A model generated the notes under the pieces. It made no database searches and was not told where the DNA came from. It worked only from the letters and a program-made list of their open reading frames with translations. Position numbers and translations under genes: made by a program. From an uncultured Candidatus Actinomarina sp. (GTDB lineage Bacteria; Actinomycetota; Acidimicrobiia; Actinomarinales; Actinomarinaceae), in assembly GCA_902510965.1 (NCBI GenBank), contig CABXDM010000002.1, positions 7,120-71,119 on the forward strand: a stretch of DNA of 64,000 bases, in the 5' to 3' direction. This document shows positions 1 through 7,580 of this stretch, piece after piece (positions within the stretch are counted from its first letter, which is position 1; each line of letters begins with the position of its first letter).

Positions 1-2
1 TA

Positions 3-1784
3 CTTTTAAACTTTTTGCTATTTTGTATCTTAGAGATTGCATTGTTTATTGATGATTTTTCTATAAGTTATGTAGCCAATTATTCCGCAAAGAGTACACC
101 TCCCGTTTACAAATTTGCTTCTTTATGGGGTTCCTTAGATGGCTCCATTCTCCTGTGGAATCTAGTTCTTGGAGCCTATTTTTTGATATACATAAAATAT
201 TATAAAAAAACTACCAATAGTGCAGACATTAAAATATTTACAACAATCATCATCTTTTTTACAAGCTACACGATATTTAGTTCGTCTCCATTTGCAGGTT
301 GTATTGAATTAGCTTCAGTAGGTTGTCAGTCTTCATCACTACTGCCCTTTCAAGATCTAGTTTCTTCACTGGAAGGAAGAGGTCCTAACCCACTTCTACA
401 GAATCATCCCCTGATGGCAATTCACCCACCAATTTTATATTTTGGATATATCGGCTTAGTTTTGCCTTTTGTAATTACTACAAGTTATTTTTTTAGAAAA
501 GATACTTCAAGTAATTGGGTCCAACTAGCCTCTAACTCAACTTTTTATCCATGGTTATTCTTAACTGCTGGAATAACACTTGGTGCAGCTTGGTCATATG
601 AAGTGCTGGGATGGGGTGGATATTGGGCTTGGGATCCAGTAGAAAATGTTTCTTTCATTCCGTGGCTTCTTGCTACCGCCTTTCTTCACTCTTCTAAGAC
701 ACAGATAAATGAATCTACTCTCTTAAATTGGAATTACTTCCTTGGTGGTTTAATGTTTTTATCAACAATATTTGGTACATTTATTACTCGCTCAGGAGTA
801 TTGATTTCGGTTCATGCTTTTTCTAATGGAAATATAGGTGTTTTTCTTCTTTCTGGATTAGCCTTTTTTACATTATTTTTTGTATACTCCGGATCTAAAA
901 ATATTAAATATTTTGCAACATCAAAAAAAATTAAATATATTTTTGGAAAATCTTCATTTTTTATAGCTAATAACATCCTACTTTTTGTGTCTGCATTAAT
1001 TGTTTTTATTGGAACCATTTATCCGATATTTTATGAAACTTTGTATCAAAGACAGCTGACGATTGGAAGAACCTTTTTTGATATCTTAATTGGTCCTATT
1101 TTAATTATGTTAATTTTTCTAATGATATTCTCGACAAAAATTACCGTAAAGAATATTAACTTTAATAAGTGGCTCCAAACTAATCTTAAAATTATCAACT
1201 CATCATTAATATTGACTATTTGTTTCTCTTATGTATACCAACTAAATTATTTAAGTATATTGACTCTGTTTGGATCAACTATGCTTGTTATCACAATTCT
1301 TTTAAATCTCGTTCAAAAGAAAACATTACATAAGATTAAGGGTTCTTACTGGTCCGGACAAATTGCACATTTAGGGATTGGTCTTTTTGCTGTAGGTTTA
1401 TTACTAAATGTAAGTCAAAGCTACTCTGACGAATTTATAACTAGTGAAGGTTCAATAATAACTTTCGGAAATAATAATTACATGATTGAAAAATCCTATG
1501 AGGTTAGAAGAGATGAAAAAGATGTTATAAATTTACCAATAAAGTCTAATGATAAATATAAAAATGCATCTTTGAATATATTTAGAAATTCATCTCAACA
1601 GGCAATAAGTTCACCAGCAATATTTCGCGATTTAGAATCTGACACCTACGTGACTATTAAATTTATTGATGCGAATAACTATAAATTAATATTTAGAAAA
1701 AATTATGGAATATTAATTATGTGGATGGGGTTAGCTCTAAGCACTCTCTCTGTAATTCCAAGAATTAGGGCAAATGAAAAATAG
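3..1784 (+). CDS. ccmF: Cytochrome c biogenesis heme lyase CcmF (5'-partial, frame open to the window edge)
   Basis: WGSLDGSILLW, GPNPLLQNHP, HPP, LGAAWSYEVLGWGGYWAWDPVEN (WWD domain), TFITRSG..SVHAF; followed by ccmH. Confidence 0.95.
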   Translation, partial: LLNFLLFCILEIALFIDDFSISYVANYSAKSTPPVYKFASLWGSLDGSILLWNLVLGAYFLIYIKYYKKTTNSADIKIFTTIIIFFTSYTIFSSSPFAGCIELASVGCQSSSLLPFQDLVSSLEGRGPNPLLQNHPLMAIHPPILYFGYIGLVLPFVITTSYFFRKDTSSNWVQLASNSTFYPWLFLTAGITLGAAWSYEVLGWGGYWAWDPVENVSFIPWLLATAFLHSSKTQINESTLLNWNYFLGGLMFLSTIFGTFITRSGVLISVHAFSNGNIGVFLLSGLAFFTLFFVYSGSKNIKYFATSKKIKYIFGKSSFFIANNILLFVSALIVFIGTIYPIFYETLYQRQLTIGRTFFDILIGPILIMLIFLMIFSTKITVKNINFNKWLQTNLKIINSSLILTICFSYVYQLNYLSILTLFGSTMLVITILLNLVQKKTLHKIKGSYWSGQIAHLGIGLFAVGLLLNVSQSYSDEFITSEGSIITFGNNNYMIEKSYEVRRDEKDVINLPIKSNDKYKNASLNIFRNSSQQAISSPAIFRDLESDTYVTIKFIDANNYKLIFRKNYGILIMWMGLALSTLSVIPRIRANEK

Positions 1785-2127
1785 ATACACTCTTGGAATA
1801 CTATTGATAGTTTTGCTGCTACTTCCAAATCTTTATGAAGATGCTGACTCAAGGTTTGAGTCTTGGAGTAAAAATTTACTATGCCCAGTATGCCAAGGTG
1901 AGACTATTTTTGACTCCCCATCGGAATATGCAGATGATATGCGATCAATCCTAAGGGAACAAATAGATAAAAATTTATCGGATGATGAAATCTATACTTA
2001 CTGGGTATCAAGATTTGGTGAAAGAATAATTACCAATCCTCAAAACAGAAATTTTGAAATAATTCTTATACCCCTAATATTATCAATATTTTTTATAGCT
2101 ATCTTTATAAAGAAGGTTCTTAAATGA
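1774..2127 (+). CDS. ccmH: Cytochrome c biogenesis protein CcmH (N-terminal CxxC domain)
   Basis: LLCPVCQGETIFDS..YADDMR and RFGERI motifs, two TM segments, overlaps the ccmF stop. Confidence 0.9.
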   Translation: MKNRYTLGILLIVLLLLPNLYEDADSRFESWSKNLLCPVCQGETIFDSPSEYADDMRSILREQIDKNLSDDEIYTYWVSRFGERIITNPQNRNFEIILIPLILSIFFIAIFIKKVLK

Positions 2128-2654
2128 ACAAATGGGTATTTTCGTTAGTAGCGACCTTCGGTGTCTTTTTAATAATATTTATAAATCTAAACAACAATTC
2201 AGAATCATCAATTAGAACAAACACTGAACTTGATAATGTTACGAATGAAGAAATGGAAATTGTTGTAGCAGATAATCCTGATATATTTGCTATGAGGATT
2301 GCTCTAGCAAATAGGTATTTTGATGAAGTTAACTATTCAAAAGCACTACCCCACTTTATGTATGTCGCTGAAAATAGTGATGAGATTGAACTCAAAAGTT
2401 ATGCTCTAGCCCAAATAGGTTGGATGGTCTACGAGTCAGGAAATAAAGAAGTTGCTATAAATTACTTCGATGAATCTCTGTCTATTAATCCCAATTCTTT
2501 AATCTCTAAATCTTATCTTGGCGTTCTCTATCTTCAGCAAGAAGAAACAGAAGACCTGGGAATGAAGTTAATTACCGATCTACTTCTGCTCGATTCTCTA
2601 AGTGATGAAGATAGAAATTTTTTAAAAGAGATAGTATCAACCTATGAAAATTAA
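2124..2654 (+). CDS. Membrane-anchored TPR protein, CcmI/CycH-like
   Basis: N-terminal TM helix, TPR-like helices (ALANRYF, ALAQIGWMVYESG..A..YF...L.INP); ATGA overlap with ccmH. Confidence 0.7.
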   Translation: MNKWVFSLVATFGVFLIIFINLNNNSESSIRTNTELDNVTNEEMEIVVADNPDIFAMRIALANRYFDEVNYSKALPHFMYVAENSDEIELKSYALAQIGWMVYESGNKEVAINYFDESLSINPNSLISKSYLGVLYLQQEETEDLGMKLITDLLLLDSLSDEDRNFLKEIVSTYEN

Positions 2655-3119
2655 ATTTTTAATCTTTTTTTACTACTTACTTTTTGCTCCAAGTCAGAAA
2701 TTACATCAGAAAGTATTGAAATCCAGGATTTTCAAATTCAAGAACTTACCTATTTAGAATCAAATAAAAATGCTGTGTTAGATAGTGAATTTTTAATTAT
2801 TAACTACTGGGCATCTTGGTGTTTGGAGTGTATTGAAGAACATGATCTAATAATTTCACTTAACGAGATTAAATCTTTTGAGGGAAAGGTAGTACTAATT
2901 AGTTTTCAAGATAATACTTCTAACTCAAAGGAATTCCTTAGTAAATATGGATATGGCAATTTAATTTATTTAACTGATTTTAAAAGTAAGTTTGCCATTA
3001 ATTCTGGAGTGTTTGGGGTTCCTGAAACACATATTATTCAAAATGGAGTAATTATCAGAAAGTATCTAGGACCACTATCTTTTGGGGATGTTGAAGAAAT
3101 AATATTTTTATATTCATAA
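2644..3119 (+). CDS. TlpA/CcmG-like thiol-disulfide oxidoreductase, probable lipoprotein; frameshifted at T7 run 2665-2671 as sequenced
   Basis: INYWASWCLEC and GVFGVPET motifs. ATG 2644 gives MKIKFLIFF, and one extra T joins it to LLLTFCSKS, which is in frame with the 2775 ORF. Confidence 0.8.
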
Positions 3120-3143
3120 GTAATAAATATTTGACTAAAGTTA

Positions 3144-3478
3144 TTTTTGAGATGGATAATCGCGATTTATCGAGGAAAGTCCGGACACTATAGAGCAGAG
3201 AGCTGGGTAACTCCCAGGCAAGTAATTGACGGAAAGTGCAACAGAAAATATACCGCTTACGTAAGTAAGTAAGGGTGAAAAGGTAGTGTAAGAGACTACC
3301 AGTAATTTAAGTAATTAAATTAGCTTGTAAACCCCTCTCAGTGCAATATCAAGAAGCAATTAGCTTGCTCGGCTAATAATTGCGGGTAGATAGCTAGATG
3401 TATTTGGTAACAAATATACAAGATGGATGATTATCTTACATTAATTTGTAAACAGAATCCGGCTTACAATCTCAAAAA
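3144..3478 (+). ncRNA. rnpB: RNase P RNA (type A)
   Basis: GAGGAAAGTCCGGAC, GGAAAGTGCAACAGAAA, AAGGGTGAAAAGG and ACAGAATCCGGCTTA conserved regions; P1 pairs TTTTTGAGAT (3144-3153) with ATCTCAAAAA (3469-3478). Confidence 0.97.
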
Positions 3479-3481
3479 CCA

Positions 3482-3504
3482 GGGTGTCTCTTTTAGAGGC
3501 ACCC
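3482..3504 (+). terminator. GC-rich hairpin after rnpB, probable terminator
   Basis: GGGTGTCTC-TTTTA-GAGGCACCC stem-loop directly after rnpB; no clear U-tract on the + strand. Confidence 0.55.
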
Positions 3505-3536
3505 ACCTAAAATTAATTATTTGTTAACCTAATGTG

Positions 3537-4517
3537 ATGACAAAATTTGCATATTTTTTAGGATCAGAACAGTGGCAACCAGAAATATTAATTGACCATG
3601 CAAAGCTAGCACAAGAAGTTGGTTTTGATATGGTGACAATATCGGAACATTTTCACCCATGGGTTGACGATTATTCGGCGTCAAACTTCACATGGTCTAC
3701 ATTGGGTGCTTTAGCTAATAGCACCCCTGAATTAGACTTAGGTACTGGAGTAACCACACCACTATGGAGAATGCATCCAGGAGTTGTTGCACAAGCTTCT
3801 GCAACAGTCGACAGATTATCTCATTCAACTTTTCATCTAGGAGTAGGCACAGGTGAAAATATGAACGAAGGACCATTAGGTTATAATTTTCCAAAATATG
3901 ATGAAAGAGCTTCAAGAATGAGAGAGGCCTTAACTATTATTAGGAGACTACTAAATGGTGAAAAACTTAACTTTGAGGGTGAATTCTATAACACTAAGGG
4001 TGCAAAATTATACTCCCCTCCCTTAAAAGAAGTTCCAATTTGGCTTGCTGCTGGTGGTCCAAAGTCTTCTCATCTTGCTGCTGAGTATGCTGATGGACTT
4101 ATGATTAGTGTAAAAGATCCAGAAGATGCATATGAAAGAGTTATCAATCAAGCAAAAATAAAAACTGAAGAACTTGGAAAATCCGATCTAAGAATTCACA
4201 CATATAGATGGACAATGTTTGCAGATAATGATGAGGATGCATGGGAATCTTTGAAATCATGGAGAGGACTAAGGGCACCAAATAGACTTCAAGAAATTGA
4301 TCCACAAGCTCTCAGAGAGCAGGCTGATGCATTACCAAAAGAAGAAATCATGTCCAAATTTTCTCGAGCAGGAAGTGTAGAAGAATTAATTGATATATAT
4401 GCACCTCTTGTAAATGATTTTGGTTCAGAAATAGTTACTATACAAATATCGTCCGTTAATCAAGAAGAGACAATTAAATTGCTTGGCAAAGAATTATTGC
4501 CAAGGCTAAAGAATTAA
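3537..4517 (+). CDS. F420-dependent LLM-class oxidoreductase, G6PDH/FGD family
   Basis: SEQWQP, SEHFHPW, GTGVTTP, HPGVVAQA, LGVGTGENMNE, AAGGPKS motifs; extended -10 TGTTAACCT 6 nt upstream of ATG 3537. Confidence 0.85.
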   Translation: MTKFAYFLGSEQWQPEILIDHAKLAQEVGFDMVTISEHFHPWVDDYSASNFTWSTLGALANSTPELDLGTGVTTPLWRMHPGVVAQASATVDRLSHSTFHLGVGTGENMNEGPLGYNFPKYDERASRMREALTIIRRLLNGEKLNFEGEFYNTKGAKLYSPPLKEVPIWLAAGGPKSSHLAAEYADGLMISVKDPEDAYERVINQAKIKTEELGKSDLRIHTYRWTMFADNDEDAWESLKSWRGLRAPNRLQEIDPQALREQADALPKEEIMSKFSRAGSVEELIDIYAPLVNDFGSEIVTIQISSVNQEETIKLLGKELLPRLKN

Positions 4518-4518
4518 A

Positions 4519-5250
4519 TTGTTACCATTATTTATAATTGGATCAATTGGTGGTTTTCTTTCTGGAGTATTAGGTATTGGTGGAGGTGTTGTATTCGTCC
4601 CTCTCCTAACTTACTTTACAGACCAAGATTTTAAAATAAATACAGGAATTTCATCAATGGCTGTAGTGTTCGTTGCTACAACAAGCAGTATTACTTATAT
4701 CTCGAATGGTCAGTCATTTTCTATTTATATTTTATATTTAATTTTTGGTGGAATACTGGGTGGCTATCTTGGAAGTAAACTTACATTTCAATTAGATACA
4801 AAGACATTGCAAAGAATATTTGCAATGTTACTTTTAGTTGTGTCTTATAGGATGATGTCTACGTCAGGCTACTCTTCACAATATGAGGAGAATATTTTCT
4901 TATACTTACTTATAGGTGTATTTTCTGGAATACTATCAGGTCTACTCGGTATCGGTGGAGGAATAGTAAGGATTCCTTTGTTAATCTTTTTTGGTGGTTT
5001 AGGAAATTTACCTGCACAGGGCTTTTCATTAATAGCAACTGTTCCCACTGCTCTTACGGCAGCCTATACAAAACTAAAAAATGATCGAGAATTCGCAAAA
5101 AGGGGTAGTATTGTTGGAATTTCTGGCATATTGGGATCGGTGCTCGGAGGTAATTTAGCATTTGAATTACCACAGGAATTTCTGAACACATCATTCGCAA
5201 TATTTTTATTATTGGTGAGCATTAATATGCTCGTTAAAACTTCTAGATAA
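4519..5250 (+). CDS. TSUP (TauE/SafE sulfite exporter family) membrane transporter
   Basis: Duplicated G.LSG.LGIGGG...P motif, about 8 TM segments. Confidence 0.9.
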   Translation: MLPLFIIGSIGGFLSGVLGIGGGVVFVPLLTYFTDQDFKINTGISSMAVVFVATTSSITYISNGQSFSIYILYLIFGGILGGYLGSKLTFQLDTKTLQRIFAMLLLVVSYRMMSTSGYSSQYEENIFLYLLIGVFSGILSGLLGIGGGIVRIPLLIFFGGLGNLPAQGFSLIATVPTALTAAYTKLKNDREFAKRGSIVGISGILGSVLGGNLAFELPQEFLNTSFAIFLLLVSINMLVKTSR

Positions 5251-5701
5251 TTCCACTTCTTATAAAAGTTTTTAATGAGTTATCTTTCATTTTGTAAATG
5301 ACATATGCGAGACCTACAATTTCCTGAATGATAATTAACGTAATGCTCTTGTTGAAAATTTCATTACTTTCAAAAGGAAGAGGAAATAAAAAAGTAGATT
5401 GATCTAGCCACATGAAATCTAAAAACAAATGTAAGTAAGTGCCTATTGAAAATAGTAATAAGTTCTTTCTAGTTTTCGTACCTCTCTTAGTTAGCAGCAT
5501 TATCAAAAACATAGTGAAAACTGAGAGCAATAATGAATGCGTTACAAATTTTTGGTCTTTACCAACAGGTTGGACAGCCAAAAGAATATCCATAATATCT
5601 AAAATCAAAAGACCTACAATCAAAAACCTTAAGTCAGCATTCTTATCTTTAAAAATATATTTAAAAATGATAACTCCAACACCAATAAACCAAAAAAACA
5701 T
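5243..5701 (-). CDS. Membrane-bound metal-dependent hydrolase-like protein (YdjM-like)
   Basis: LDIMD, THSLL, HLFLDFMW..LFP pattern with TM helices. Confidence 0.6.
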   Translation of the reverse strand: MFFWFIGVGVIIFKYIFKDKNADLRFLIVGLLILDIMDILLAVQPVGKDQKFVTHSLLLSVFTMFLIMLLTKRGTKTRKNLLLFSIGTYLHLFLDFMWLDQSTFLFPLPFESNEIFNKSITLIIIQEIVGLAYVIYKMKDNSLKTFIRSGII

Positions 5702-6093
5702 TATTTATCCAGTGCTAGGTTAGCTAGTTCATCTGCTCTTTTATTGTTTTCTCTGTACACATGCTCTATTGTAAAATTTTCTATTTTAAAAATTAAGGCT
5801 TTTGCACGCCCATGTAATTCCCTTAGATGCTCTGACTTTACTTTAAAATTACCAACTATTTGTTCTACCACTAGTTTTGAGTCTAGATAAAACCTAGCTG
5901 ATTGAATATTGTTATCATTACAGTATTGTAAACCGTCGATTAAAGCCTGATATTCGGCCACATTATTAGTAGCTATTCCTATTTTTCTAGAAATAACTTT
6001 AATTTCAATATTCTCATGACTAATAGAAACTCCCACTGAAGCTTCTCCTGGATTAGATCTTGAAGCACCATCACAATATATATCTAGTATCAA
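5701..6093 (-). CDS. rnhA: Ribonuclease HI (stand-alone)
   Basis: CDGASRSNPG, TNNVAEY, DSKLVVEQ, HVYRENNKRADELAN; Nif3-zinc ribbon-RNase H synteny. Confidence 0.92.
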   Translation of the reverse strand: MILDIYCDGASRSNPGEASVGVSISHENIEIKVISRKIGIATNNVAEYQALIDGLQYCNDNNIQSARFYLDSKLVVEQIVGNFKVKSEHLRELHGRAKALIFKIENFTIEHVYRENNKRADELANLALDK

Positions 6094-6800
6094 ACTAGAA
6101 CACCATCACAATAAGGGCACTGCTGAAACTCTGTTGCAGATATCGCATCTAATTCACTAGTAGTTAAATCTACACCGCAACAGCCACACTGATTATTTTC
6201 AAGTTTATAAGCAGCCACGACATCTACTCCTCTAGTTTTTAGTTCATCGTAAAGCTCTTGTATTTTCAATGGAAAGTTAGTAAGAAATTCCTTTTTTTCT
6301 AATTCGTATAAACTAAGTTTTTTATCAATAACCATCCATTCATCTTTAACTAATTTAGAAGTATTTATTAAATCATCCTTAACATCACTTAATGATTCAT
6401 TTAATAACTGCATTTCCTTAATTTCATCTTCATTATTCCTATCATGAATAATTTTTTTCTTTTCTAATTGAGATACTTGTGATTGACTTGACTCTTTCTG
6501 TTTTGTATAGTTCAAAAGTTCGTTTGCTTCTAAAGATTTATCTTCAAGTTTAATATTTATGCTGGAAATCTTTTGAAGAATAGAGTTACTAGTTTTTGAA
6601 ATTTCTTCAATATCTTTAAAGTAACTAGCCATAATATTCTTTTGTGTTTCAATTTTTTTATTTACTTCATTAAACTCAGACTCTAAAGCCATTAATCGCT
6701 CAACATTTTCACTGCCCTTTTTATCAACTTCGAGTTTGTATATCTTGTTATCAATATCTTGAAGCTCTATAAGATTACTAAGTAAAAATGGTTCATTCAT
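6090..6800 (-). CDS. Coiled-coil protein with C4 zinc ribbon (DUF164/CT398-like)
   Basis: LIELQDID N-terminus, long coiled coil, CGCC...CPYC C-terminus; synteny. Confidence 0.85.
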   Translation of the reverse strand: MNEPFLLSNLIELQDIDNKIYKLEVDKKGSENVERLMALESEFNEVNKKIETQKNIMASYFKDIEEISKTSNSILQKISSINIKLEDKSLEANELLNYTKQKESSQSQVSQLEKKKIIHDRNNEDEIKEMQLLNESLSDVKDDLINTSKLVKDEWMVIDKKLSLYELEKKEFLTNFPLKIQELYDELKTRGVDVVAAYKLENNQCGCCGVDLTTSELDAISATEFQQCPYCDGVLV

Positions 6801-7557
6801 AATATTTGTTGTATAAATATTTTATGTTTATTTTTAGAACTTTGTTTAGTTTGTCAGTAAAAGCTTGCATGCCAGGTTTCTCTGTAGATATATGATTTAA
6901 TTGAATGAATCCCATGTTGTATTCATCCGTCAGTAAGAAATGATGGTGTGAAGCATCCCCAGTTATAAAGACGTCTGTTTTTCCTAATATTTCATCTAAG
7001 AATTGTGTGCCTGAACCCGGAACAAAAGCAATTTTTTCAATATTCTTAAGTTTATGATACTGGCTGTTTGTTCTAACAATTTTTGTAGAAAGTTCATTTT
7101 CTATTAGCGCGCTTAGGGAATTTGGATCATGATTTTCAATTCTGCCAATTTTTCCAACTCCTATTCCTGGTGAGGTTTCTCCAAAGATTTGAACATCTGT
7201 TAGATTAAAAATTTTTGTTAAAGTGTCACCATTTCCACCTATGCAAACATCTTGAGCAGTGTGTATCGATATGACATTGATATTTTCTTTGTAATAATCA
7301 AGGGACAACTTTGAAAGCATTAAATCTTCATTAAGATCATCAAATTTTTTATATGTTGCTGGATGGTATGAAATGACTGTATTTATATTATTTTCTTTAC
7401 AGTAATCAAGTGTAGATTTTTCTAAATCATGACTAACAACTATTCCAGAAACATCGTTTGTCCCAGATCCAATAAGTAAACCTACTTTATCATCATCAAA
7501 TGCATCCTTTAAAGGACAGATTTTGTTAACTACATCGAGTAAATCAAATACTTTCAC
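6793..7557 (-). CDS. Nif3-like dinuclear metal centre protein
   Basis: D.VGLLIG, SYHP, SIHTAQD, GSG, FITGD..HH, HISTE motifs. Confidence 0.88.
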   Translation of the reverse strand: MKVFDLLDVVNKICPLKDAFDDDKVGLLIGSGTNDVSGIVVSHDLEKSTLDYCKENNINTVISYHPATYKKFDDLNEDLMLSKLSLDYYKENINVISIHTAQDVCIGGNGDTLTKIFNLTDVQIFGETSPGIGVGKIGRIENHDPNSLSALIENELSTKIVRTNSQYHKLKNIEKIAFVPGSGTQFLDEILGKTDVFITGDASHHHFLLTDEYNMGFIQLNHISTEKPGMQAFTDKLNKVLKINIKYLYNKYYE

Positions 7558-7580
7558 TCAATTAATAGTAATAACCAAAT

